Assembly (NCBI GenBank): GCA_038868995.1 | Contig: JAWCRZ010000002.1 | Coordinates: 24,726 to 88,725 of the forward strand | DNA length: 64,000 nt | Source of the DNA: Candidatus Woesearchaeota archaeon | GTDB taxonomy: Archaea > Nanobdellota > Nanobdellia > Woesearchaeales > ARS49 | Reading direction: 5' to 3' | In this document: positions 17,604-26,175 of the stretch, piece by piece | Layout: the number at the start of each line of letters is the position of its first letter | How positions within the stretch are numbered: position 1 is the first letter of the stretch | Notes under the pieces: generated by a model | The model's input: only the letters and a program-made list of their open reading frames with translations | Databases searched by the model: none | Told to the model about the DNA's origin: nothing | Made by a program: the position numbers and the translations under genes

Positions 17604-18497
17604 ATGCTGAAATTGGAGCTTTCTGATGTTGTAAGAAAGGCAGCGATGGGCTTAGGTCTTGGAGTGCTCTTTTCTCAGGTAGACCCACAAGCGGTTGCCG
17701 CGCCTTCGGCTACTCATTCTCAGGACAGCGAAAAGCAGGATGAAAAGAAGCCTTACAAGAACAAGATAACTTACGAGCAAGCTAAGAAAGGTAGCAAAAA
17801 GACAAAGCGCGATTATATTATTGGAAAGATGTACGAGATGGGCATTCTGTATCACAAAGACCATTGCCCTGATGGTCATGTGGGTGACGTGTTTGATTTT
17901 GATGATAAATCTGATAAGAAAAGATTAGAGAAAAGGTTGGATGAAGAGTTAAAGTTTAATCCAGCATTATATAAGGCTGGTTTTGAAGAAGCGCGCGAGA
18001 GCAAATTAGCGTATCATTGCCGGGATCCTCCTGGCCAAAATGAAAGACTGCCATTTATCGTATTCTATTTGGAAGAAATATTTCCAGCAAAAGGCGAGGC
18101 AACTTCAGAAGATGAAATCACAAGCCGGCTAAGATATCTTAAGGCCAGTACTGAATATTTCAATACGGCAATATTTTTCGGGAAAAAGATGCCGCTTGCA
18201 AATGCCAGTATGAAGTTTCGGAGAGATACTGTGGGTTCTCTCTATGCCGGTTATGCACAACTTTCTAAGATAATTGACAATACGGATAAAGTGTCGGATG
18301 CTACAAGGCAGGATGTGCTGGAAAGATACTTGCACAATTATTACAACTGCATGAGGTGCTTTGAAATCAGAGAAGATGAAACGGTGCAAGAATTCGTAAA
18401 GCATGTTGTTGATAATATTAATTCAGGCATGAGGCAGCTCGGTTATGTTCACAAGTACGATGAAATAAAAAAAGAGTGGTCTTTGGAAAAAGAATAA
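17604..18497 (+). CDS. hypothetical (probably secreted) protein, 297 aa
   Basis: Strong SD-like aaggtggt 8 nt upstream. N-terminal hydrophobic segment AAMGLGLGVLF...AVAAPSA. Lys/Glu-rich. No family recognised. Confidence 0.6.
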   Translation: MLKLELSDVVRKAAMGLGLGVLFSQVDPQAVAAPSATHSQDSEKQDEKKPYKNKITYEQAKKGSKKTKRDYIIGKMYEMGILYHKDHCPDGHVGDVFDFDDKSDKKRLEKRLDEELKFNPALYKAGFEEARESKLAYHCRDPPGQNERLPFIVFYLEEIFPAKGEATSEDEITSRLRYLKASTEYFNTAIFFGKKMPLANASMKFRRDTVGSLYAGYAQLSKIIDNTDKVSDATRQDVLERYLHNYYNCMRCFEIREDETVQEFVKHVVDNINSGMRQLGYVHKYDEIKKEWSLEKE

Positions 18498-18546
18498 TGT
18501 TTAAATAGTAGTCTTTCTGATTTCCCTCTTAAAAGAGGGAATTTTG

Positions 18547-21500
18547 ATGAATCGCTTAATAAGTGGGCTTTCAGTTTTATTGGTTATAGCCCTTGGACTG
18601 AACGTCTTTCTTTACGAAGCCAGGGCTCAAGCGTCTCAATCACCTGTTGGTTATGAGAGGTATATTCCGGCCGTTTCTGCTCTTTGCCCCACTGTGGTTA
18701 TGGAGTGTGCCAAGGACAAGCCAGGCGTAAAGTCCGAGGAAATCAAGAAGCTGAAGCTTCTTGAGCTTATAAAGACTGGCAAGATGGCTCCAGGAACCGG
18801 TGGCACTTTGCTTGAAAAAGACATTCCTACCGATACTTTGGAATGTGATGATCCTAAGTGGGAAGAGTGGTGTAAATCAGGGCAAGCGAGCGCGACGGCA
18901 AATACTTTATGTGAAAAGCGCAAGGAGTGCTGTGGTGTCTGCCTGAAGAAACCAGAAGCAGTATTTTCTCCGCTGATCCGACAGGAATTCCTGAAGAAAG
19001 TGAAACCTGGTGCCACAATGCTGCAAGAGGATATTCCTGGTGACAAGCTCGCATGCGATGATAAGCGCTGGGGTGATTTATGCAAGCCAGGCAGTTATAC
19101 GTCAGCATATCTGTGCCAGTTGCTGGAAAGGTGTTGTATGCCCGCTGTTTGTACGAAAGAGCCTCCAGGTGTCCAATCTAAAGATATCAAAGATAGGCTG
19201 ATGACTGAAAAAGGAATTAAGCCTGGAATGACAGTGCCTGCTGCCGACGTACCAAGCGATATTCTGACATGCGCTGATAAAAAATGGGATGAATGGTGTA
19301 AGAATCCAGAGGATCCTTTGTGTAAAAAGCGAAGCGAATGTTGTGTTGACTGCATCAAAAATCCTGATGGTGTGATGTCTCCTGAAATATCAAAAGTTCA
19401 GTTTGAGGCGCGTCCATTCGGAACAGTGCCTGCTTCTACCGCAGCGCGTAAAATTCTTTTATGTGATGCTCCTGAGTGGGGTCCATTGTGTAATCCCAAT
19501 AATCAGAAATACGACAAGGATAACCCTCTTACGAAACTTCTTTGTCCTGCAAAAGAAAGATGTTGTCCGCTAACAGTAGAACCAGCCAAACAGCCAGGTG
19601 GGCTACCAAAGCCTTCGTTGGATGAAGAATGGAGTTGTGTATCTGTTGATAGAGCTGGCGAGAAAGGAGCTGGCAAGGAAAAATTAGTCATTAAACACAA
19701 AAATATACCTTTGGGAGCTGGGCAATATTTAGAAATGGAGCCTACGTGCGATTCTGCAAAACAGACACGCGACGCTTTGAGCAAAACTCCAGTATTTGGT
19801 TTTGCTGAAGCTGCGAACATTGCCAGATTGCTTGGTGAGATTGACGTTGCAATTGCCAAATGCTGCCCAGTGCAAACATGTCCTCCTACAGCGCAGGAAA
19901 AGCTTCCTAACGGCGCTCCGAATCCGTGCATGGATGCGAAGAAACGTGTGCCGATTGTGCATTTCGAGTTCGGCGGTAAGAAAAAGCTGAATCCTTGCTG
20001 TGACCCCCAGACGTGTATGCCACAGGTTGGTGTTTGCGGCTGTTGCAGCATGGATGCCAAGGGAAACCCTACTGGCACGTTCCTGCAGGGAAGGCATGCA
20101 AGTGGTCTTGTTGATATATTTGACCAGAACGGGAACATGGTTGGCAAGACAGATTGTTGTCCCGGCTCTGCTTGTCGCATTACTTTTACAACAATTTCTG
20201 AAAAAGCGTGCGTGAGAAACAAGTGTATTTGTGATATAGACAGCTTCCAGATTACCGGGCCGCCAATTCAAAGACCTATTCCAGGTGGGTTTATTATACA
20301 TGCATTTCAAGGTGTGCCTGTGAGGGATGTTTCAGACCAATTCTATGGAAGAAACATGTGGGGTTTGGCTCGTCCCAACAAGGCTGCTACGTGCAATGAT
20401 CAGGTCGCGTATGATCCGTTTGTAACAAAGAAAAATTGGAAGGAGGCTGTTGCCGCTTGCAATCCTTCTCCTCCAGGCGTGCAGCCGTGTCCACCTTGGA
20501 TTGCAGCCTTGTTCCCTAAGCTGTGCGGTCTTCCTGTTGGTCCTGGTCCTGATGTAAATCCAACCTCTGTGCCTGAGAATGGTCACTCAGTTGTAATCGT
20601 TGACTATCCTCCGCCTATCGAGGGCCCAACAAGCACTACCACGCAGACTTTTGGCAACGTGCAGCAGGTGAATGTTGCTCCGCCGTTGAACAATAAGGTT
20701 GCGTGTGCTGTTGCTGTTGGTCCTGGCAGGATTTCTGTTGCTCCTGAAGTGCAAGCACCTGCTGGTTGTACTCCTGTTATGTCTTTCTCGTGCTCTGGAG
20801 ACCAATTGCAGGCTGGTCTTATGGTTCCTGCTGATGTTATGGTGACTGGCGCGTATGTTGTGAAAAATGGCCGGTCAAGTCCGGTGCCAGTAAGCCATAC
20901 TTCTGGTCCTACCTGCGGCAGTATTTCATTGACCGATATTCGTTCCAATCAGATTGCGAATGCTGCGCCGTCTTCTTATAGTCCTGAGAAATTCACTCCG
21001 ATTGTAAGGCGTGAGCGTGCTATCACGCACGCTGATGTTGACAAGTCTCTGTCTACAGAGGGTGCAGACATAATTAAGATTGAATTGTTGGAGCCTTCTG
21101 ATGTTACAGTTACAATTGATAATGTTGACCGCGTGTTGCCTGCTCCGGAAAACCCGAGCTTGCGCTTGTTCAAGCCATTCAAGGTTTTATTCGCGCCTGA
21201 ATACAAGAATGGTATTCAGGTAACTGGCAAGTTGAACGTGCCGTTGTACATTGACCGTTCTTCTGTTGGCTTGTATGCTTTGGCGGGTGATTCTTGGTTC
21301 CCGATTCTTACTGGTCGTGAGGATAATTCGTATGTTGCAATTATTAATGATTTGAGGCCTTATATGACTGATAATCAGGTAACTTTTGCTTGGATGGGTG
21401 CGCATTGCCCAACCTGCCCTTCTGAAAAGCTTGAGTTGGTCTATGATGGTGGCGGCAGTGTGGCTGTTGTGTTTGTTCATGGTCTCACAAATGACAGGAC

Positions 21501-22617
21501 TCGCTTCCAGCCGGTTATTGACAGGGCGATTGTGACTAAAGCGCCGTATAAGCTTTACACTTTCAGTTATCAGTTTGATAAGTCTGTGGAGAGTGTTGCG
21601 CAGGAGTTTGCACGCCAGCTTAATGTGAATAGTGCTGAATGGTCTCGTGCGTATATCGTGTCTCATTCTGTTGGTGGTCCTTTGTCCCAGCTTGCTGTTA
21701 ATCACGCGCGCAATAATGGTTATTCTGTTGCTGGCAAGGTGCGTAAGCTTATTATGGCTGGTCAGCCGGGATTGGGTAGCCCTATTGCTGTTTACTTGAA
21801 GCTTTTGTCATGGCTCCCCACACAGAATAGCATTGCTACGCTTTTCGGCACTGATACGCCTTTCTATAGTTTGGCTGTTAATGGCTTGCAGGTAAATCAG
21901 AATCCTGGCACTGAGCCGGTAGTTATTGTGGGTACAAAGGAATTATTGCTCACTCAGGCTGATTTTGTTGAGGCGAATGATGGTGTTGTAGCTGGTACGA
22001 GCGCTGCACGCGTTCACAATCGTGATTTGAGCGCTGAACGGTGCAGCAATTATTTTGAGGTTTATGAAAATCATCTTGAGCTTATCTGGGCGCCTGGCAG
22101 TGTGTGGACTGTGTGGCACGTTATTGCTGAGGATGTTGCCACTCCTGATGCTCGTGTTGTTGAAGTTCAGGACGTTAGCCTTGGCGTTGTTGACTGCAAG
22201 CAGGGCGATGTTATCGTTTTGTGCGGAGAGCGGGTTTCGCAGGAGGCAGCGTTTGATGCTACTATGTGCAAGTGTGGCAATGGTGTTTGTGGCGTTGGTG
22301 AGAATTCTGATAATTGTCCTGCTGATTGTCCGACCGAGTACGCGTTCCTCTACTTGTGCAGGCTTTCGCCGTATGTTGTTTATCCTCTGCTTGTTATCTT
22401 CCTGCTCATCACGTCATTGTTTTCCTATAATGCAATCAAGCGTCATGAGCGCTCGAAGAACCTTACCAAGTTGTTCGTAATTGCGTTTGTGTTGCTTGGC
22501 CTTGTTGGATTGGCGAATTTAATCTGTGGTGTGCCGATGGTTATGGCTTACGTGATTAGCGGTTTCAGCATTATTCTTTTAATTCTGGCGCGCGCGCATG
22601 GCAGGCCCATTTATTAG
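18547..22617 (+). CDS. giant surface protein (~1356 aa): signal peptide, 4x tandem novel Cys module, central region, lipase-like alpha/beta-hydrolase domain, CGNGxCGxGE..CPxDC module, C-terminal 3-4 TM helices
   Basis: Signal MNRLISGLSVLLVIALGLNVFLYEARAQA. Repeats LECDDPKWEEWC / LACDDKRWGDLC / LTCADKKWDEWC / LLCDAPEWGPLC, each followed by LC...CC..C. VAVVFVHGLTNDRT...YIVSHSVGGPLSQ (HG oxyanion element plus GxSxG-like HSVGG). CKCGNGVCGVGENSDNCPADCP. Hydrophobic C-terminus. Confidence 0.8.
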   Translation: MNRLISGLSVLLVIALGLNVFLYEARAQASQSPVGYERYIPAVSALCPTVVMECAKDKPGVKSEEIKKLKLLELIKTGKMAPGTGGTLLEKDIPTDTLECDDPKWEEWCKSGQASATANTLCEKRKECCGVCLKKPEAVFSPLIRQEFLKKVKPGATMLQEDIPGDKLACDDKRWGDLCKPGSYTSAYLCQLLERCCMPAVCTKEPPGVQSKDIKDRLMTEKGIKPGMTVPAADVPSDILTCADKKWDEWCKNPEDPLCKKRSECCVDCIKNPDGVMSPEISKVQFEARPFGTVPASTAARKILLCDAPEWGPLCNPNNQKYDKDNPLTKLLCPAKERCCPLTVEPAKQPGGLPKPSLDEEWSCVSVDRAGEKGAGKEKLVIKHKNIPLGAGQYLEMEPTCDSAKQTRDALSKTPVFGFAEAANIARLLGEIDVAIAKCCPVQTCPPTAQEKLPNGAPNPCMDAKKRVPIVHFEFGGKKKLNPCCDPQTCMPQVGVCGCCSMDAKGNPTGTFLQGRHASGLVDIFDQNGNMVGKTDCCPGSACRITFTTISEKACVRNKCICDIDSFQITGPPIQRPIPGGFIIHAFQGVPVRDVSDQFYGRNMWGLARPNKAATCNDQVAYDPFVTKKNWKEAVAACNPSPPGVQPCPPWIAALFPKLCGLPVGPGPDVNPTSVPENGHSVVIVDYPPPIEGPTSTTTQTFGNVQQVNVAPPLNNKVACAVAVGPGRISVAPEVQAPAGCTPVMSFSCSGDQLQAGLMVPADVMVTGAYVVKNGRSSPVPVSHTSGPTCGSISLTDIRSNQIANAAPSSYSPEKFTPIVRRERAITHADVDKSLSTEGADIIKIELLEPSDVTVTIDNVDRVLPAPENPSLRLFKPFKVLFAPEYKNGIQVTGKLNVPLYIDRSSVGLYALAGDSWFPILTGREDNSYVAIINDLRPYMTDNQVTFAWMGAHCPTCPSEKLELVYDGGGSVAVVFVHGLTNDRTRFQPVIDRAIVTKAPYKLYTFSYQFDKSVESVAQEFARQLNVNSAEWSRAYIVSHSVGGPLSQLAVNHARNNGYSVAGKVRKLIMAGQPGLGSPIAVYLKLLSWLPTQNSIATLFGTDTPFYSLAVNGLQVNQNPGTEPVVIVGTKELLLTQADFVEANDGVVAGTSAARVHNRDLSAERCSNYFEVYENHLELIWAPGSVWTVWHVIAEDVATPDARVVEVQDVSLGVVDCKQGDVIVLCGERVSQEAAFDATMCKCGNGVCGVGENSDNCPADCPTEYAFLYLCRLSPYVVYPLLVIFLLITSLFSYNAIKRHERSKNLTKLFVIAFVLLGLVGLANLICGVPMVMAYVISGFSIILLILARAHGRPIY

Positions 22618-23130
22618 TCTCGTCGATTTTTAATAGAAATCTTTTTAAATATTAAACTTTTATAATTATACCGAAAGGGGAGATGAGGGTGAAGGTTCAT
22701 AGAGGTGTGGCGTGGTTATCCCTAAGACAGGTCAGACTGAGCCCGTAGTTTAATCTCTGCAGCTTTCTCTATTGTCTCTGGAGACTGGCCTTTTGTTTTG
22801 CTCCAATGAAAAGTGGAGCTTAATTTGTTCTGCGCCAGGCAGGCCTGCTGGCTCGCATAAAAAATCCCATGGCTCAGCAGTTGTGTGATGAATACAAGAA
22901 ATGTTGCCCTTGGCCAGCATTCCTGCTCCACCTATAGACATATTCAAGTCGTATTCTGTTGAGGAAAGCTGGAAATGTGACAGAACAACAGGGTGATTAA
23001 ACAAAAAGTGCCTGACTCTGCTAACCTTGGAAAGTCAAAAGAGAGCACGCATGACTGCAATTCAGCAGAAAATGCGCGGTCAGGCACAGAAAAGTGTTGA
23101 TGAAGAGATTAAACGCCTTGCAAAAGCTCT

Positions 23131-23502
23131 TTAAAATCCAAAATACGCGTCAAGCGAATAGGCGCCTGCTCCCAAAAGCGCCAGTGCAAGGGCAACAATG
23201 GCGAGAATGAACGGGTATTCATATCCGAATTTTTCCTTGCCGATAAAGACGTCGTTCCATTTGAATTTGTGGAAGTAGAGCGCGCCGAGCATGTTTACAA
23301 AGAGTGCAAGTCCTGCAATCTGCGTTAAAAATCCAAGCAGGATTCCAAGCCCGCCGAAAAATTCTGCAATTGCAACAAGCGGGCTTAAAAAGCCGGTTGT
23401 TTCTTTCATTCCCATAGGGTTCTTTATTTTCGGCCAGCCGTGCATTATGAATATGATGCCAAGCCCGATTCTGAGCAGTAACAATGCAAAATCCTCGTAC
23501 AT
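23131..23502 (-). CDS. DoxX-family membrane protein, paralog A
   Basis: LLLRIGLGIIFIMHGWPKI... with 4 TM helices, typical DoxX. Confidence 0.75.
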   Translation of the reverse strand: MYEDFALLLLRIGLGIIFIMHGWPKIKNPMGMKETTGFLSPLVAIAEFFGGLGILLGFLTQIAGLALFVNMLGALYFHKFKWNDVFIGKEKFGYEYPFILAIVALALALLGAGAYSLDAYFGF

Positions 23503-23533
23503 AATTATCTGAAAATTAGGTGAATATTAAAAT

Positions 23534-24055
23534 TTATCGCAGCACATATACGATTGCCGGAGGCACATTCCTCACAGCTATTTTCCTGCTGATGTGCTTA
23601 AAGTGCCTTTTTAGATATGGCTCTCCGAGGGGTGTGTAATGGAATTGCACGTATGCGTGTTTCATTACTTTTTTGACTTCCTTCAATATCTTGACGTGTG
23701 CTTTCTCCGGCAACCCTATAAGTGGCAGCCCGCTGGTGATGTAATCCGCTTTATCGACATGTTTTGACAAATGCTGTGCATCTGCATGGATGACATGCAG
23801 CCTCTTGTCATCCCATTTTTTCAACTCATCGCAGAATTCCTTGCATATTTCAAGCGCGGTTAATTTAGCGTCAGGCCTCATTTTCCTCAATATCTCCTTC
23901 GTTATCGCCCCTGTTCCAGGTCCGAGTTCAACAATGTGCTTTGCTTTCTTGAAATTAATCGGGGCGACCATTGCTTTTACTAAAGCAGGGCTGCTTGGCA
24001 GTATTGCTCCTGTGCGGACAGGATTCTTGAGGAATTGCTTTAGGAAGTTTATCAT
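23534..24055 (-). CDS. small class I SAM-dependent methyltransferase (COG3963-like), paralog B
   Basis: FLKNPVRTGAILPSSPALVKAMV (COG3963 N-terminal motif), VELGPGTGAIT (motif I), DAKLTALEI. Same architecture as 9008..9550. Confidence 0.7.
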   Translation of the reverse strand: MINFLKQFLKNPVRTGAILPSSPALVKAMVAPINFKKAKHIVELGPGTGAITKEILRKMRPDAKLTALEICKEFCDELKKWDDKRLHVIHADAQHLSKHVDKADYITSGLPLIGLPEKAHVKILKEVKKVMKHAYVQFHYTPLGEPYLKRHFKHISRKIAVRNVPPAIVYVLR

Positions 24056-24111
24056 ATTCTTCGGTAAAAGACCAAAGTTTTTAAACCCTTGCAGGAAAAA
24101 TTATTAATAAA

Positions 24112-24226
24112 GGGCGTGTAGTCTAGTGGATAGGACGTTGGGCTTCGGTCAGCAGCTGCTATGAAGGCCTCTGAGCAATCTGTTGCAGGATACCCAAAAA
24201 CCGGGGTTCAAATCCTCGCACGCCCG
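24112..24226 (+). tRNA. tRNA-Arg (anticodon UCG) with a 43-nt intron (24149..24191) at the canonical 37/38 position; CCA not encoded
   Basis: Manual cloverleaf. Acceptor GGGCGTG/CACGCCC. D-arm GTCT-AGTGGATA-GGAC. Anticodon stem TTGGG/CCCAA, loop CTTCGG|intron|A. T-arm CGGGG-TTCAAAT-CCTCG. Discriminator G, followed by a T-run. Confidence 0.7.
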
Positions 24227-24722
24227 TTTTATTCTGAGAATTTGTAGATTTTATCGTGGTGGTCGAATTCGTAAAAAATTATCTTGTCTTCTGTCTGGAT
24301 ATGTTTGAATATCAGAACGAATGGTCTGTTAATGTGCATTCTTTTGAAGTGTTAGAGGGGGTTCGTAAGTTTTTGTAACGATTAACATCTGCGCAGGTTA
24401 GAATTTCTTGAATTTTGCTTATGAGAATCTCGTATGTTTTTCTATTCTTCCTGCATAATGTTTTTACTTTTTTCGGCACCATTTTTTCGACGGAAAACAA
24501 ATTCAGGTCTTAATTCCGGTTCCATATGCTCTCTTTTGTATATGGTTACCACGAGTGTGATTGCTTCTGCCTTGTTTTTTAATTTATGCTGTGCTTTGAC
24601 GCTGATTCTTAGGCGCATTAGTTTTAATCGCTTGCATAGGGGGAGAAGCGATGCTGTGGAGATATTTTCAACACGCTATATTACCCAAAAGCTTAAAGTA
24701 GCTGATAATCTATCACTCCGGT

Positions 24723-25103
24723 ATGAACAAGCAAGCTCTGGGGCTGTTAATGCTTCGCATCGGATTGGGCGGTGTCTTTTTATGGTTTGGCACGGATAAG
24801 TTTATTCATCCTGATATCTGGGTGAATTATATTCCTCAGTGGTTTCCGATGCCGGTCTCAACCGCAATATTTATCTTCTTGCTCGGTATTGCAGAGTCTA
24901 TTATGGGTGCCGCGGTATTGGCGGGCTTTTTCACGCGCGCTGCAGCAACTACGGCAGCATTGATGCTCATCCCGATCATAATTTCATTGGGTTATAACGA
25001 GATTGGCATCCGTGATTTCGGCTTGTTTATGCTCGCCGTGGGAATAGTTTTCCTTGGCGCGGGCGAATTCAGTGTTGATAAATTGCGAGGTGGTAAATTA
25101 TGA
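24723..25103 (+). CDS. DoxX-family membrane protein, paralog B
   Basis: LLMLRIGLGGVFLWFGTDKF... with 4 TM helices. Divergent from paralog A across the tRNA locus. Confidence 0.75.
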   Translation: MNKQALGLLMLRIGLGGVFLWFGTDKFIHPDIWVNYIPQWFPMPVSTAIFIFLLGIAESIMGAAVLAGFFTRAAATTAALMLIPIIISLGYNEIGIRDFGLFMLAVGIVFLGAGEFSVDKLRGGKL

Positions 25104-25534
25104 AAAAACTGTTTGTATTGATTGCCTTGCTGGCAATATTGGTTGCGTGCGCTCCAGAGCAGCCGGTGCAGCCGCAGGTGCAGGTTGAGCCGCAGGCGCA
25201 GTTCAGGGTTAATCCGCCTGAACAAAAAGTTGAGGCAGTCGAGCCGCCTGCAAGGGTTGGAACAGCGCCTTCAGAGCCAAAGACGGTGAATGTTGACATT
25301 GTGAACTTTGCGTATGTTCCTGCTTCAGTGAAAATCAGGGTTGGCGACACTGTGACGTGGAAACAGGTTGACCGGATTAAGCACACCGTGACCATCGTTT
25401 CAGGTCCTGAATCGTTTGATTCCGGTCTTTTATCAGCCGGTCAGACGTTCAGCCATACTTTCACAAAGCCGGGAACGTATGTTTATAAGTGCACGCCTCA
25501 TCCGAGAATGACTGGCGAGATTGTTGTAGAATAA
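25100..25534 (+). CDS. cupredoxin (plastocyanin/halocyanin-like type-1 blue copper protein), lipoprotein-type signal
   Basis: Lipobox LAILVAC. Copper-ligand spacing ...IKHTVT...YKCTPHPRMTGEIVV (His ... Cys-x2-His-x2-Met). ATGA overlap with the upstream DoxX gene. Confidence 0.75.
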   Translation: MKKLFVLIALLAILVACAPEQPVQPQVQVEPQAQFRVNPPEQKVEAVEPPARVGTAPSEPKTVNVDIVNFAYVPASVKIRVGDTVTWKQVDRIKHTVTIVSGPESFDSGLLSAGQTFSHTFTKPGTYVYKCTPHPRMTGEIVVE

Positions 25535-25565
25535 TTTTTATATTCTTTTTTTTTCTCTTTCTATT

Positions 25566-26006
25566 ATGGCATTCCACATTTCTCGCTGGCGTTATTGGTG
25601 GGCGTATCTTGTTGTTATTTTGCTTGTGCTGTATGCCATCTGGCTTACTGACCGTGCTGCCGATGTTGCTTCCTGGATTGTTGGCTCTGTTGCATTTGTT
25701 TTGTTTGTAATTATGGAGGTAATGATAAGACGCCGGCGTGTAATTATTAATGATGCGGTTGAAATAATCAGCGGGAATGTGCGCACGCGTGTTGATTTCA
25801 AAAAAATTGCCGGGGTTTCAGTGCAGCAGTCGGTTCTGCAGAATCTTTTGCGATATGGCACTGTAATCATCAAGCTGCCTGGAGAGGAGATTGTTCTTGC
25901 CGGCTTTGCAGAGCCGAACAGGATTAAGAGGCAGGTTGACAGCCATTTGCATGTAGTGCACGAAAAGCATCCGCATTATTCGCAAAAACCGCGTGTCGGG
26001 CCGTGA
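25566..26006 (+). CDS. membrane-anchored bacterial-PH-domain protein (bPH_2/YdbS-like)
   Basis: Two N-terminal TM helices followed by a ~80-aa segment with the bPH_2 pattern (...VEIISGNVRTRVDFKKIAGVSVQQSVLQNLLRYGTVII...). Confidence 0.55.
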   Translation: MAFHISRWRYWWAYLVVILLVLYAIWLTDRAADVASWIVGSVAFVLFVIMEVMIRRRRVIINDAVEIISGNVRTRVDFKKIAGVSVQQSVLQNLLRYGTVIIKLPGEEIVLAGFAEPNRIKRQVDSHLHVVHEKHPHYSQKPRVGP

Positions 26007-26175
26007 TTGTTTCTCATTGTTTGCGAAAAATTCTCTGTAGCACTGTTCTTTTCTTTTTAAATTTCTTTGCGCGCATAATCTCAAATTTTGGAAACTTTGT
26101 GGAACATTTCCGAAAATTATTCCGGGAATAAAAGTACTTACTTTTTCATTATTGTAAGTACTCTTTTCATTATCT

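Noticed and set aside
18651-21705. Numerous minus-strand ORFs (for example 19503..20222, 19729..20310, 20604..20948, 21187..21705) within the 1356-aa gene
   Set aside because: All are antisense shadows. None has motifs, and all are interrupted in the frames that matter. The plus-strand frame is continuous for 4 kb with recognisable domains.
24112-24232. Alternative reading of the tRNA as intron-less with a different anticodon
   Set aside because: No 5-bp anticodon stem can be formed without excising 24149..24191. With excision every stem is canonical and the anticodon is UCG. I kept the confidence moderate because I cannot run tRNAscan-SE or check the BHB motif rigorously.
24620-24660. Apparent similarity between gcttgcatagggggagaagcg near 24630 and the repeat-copy fragment ttgcaagggggagaag at the window end
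   Set aside because: Only about 16 nt, no flanking repeat sequence, and no TIR. Judged coincidental.
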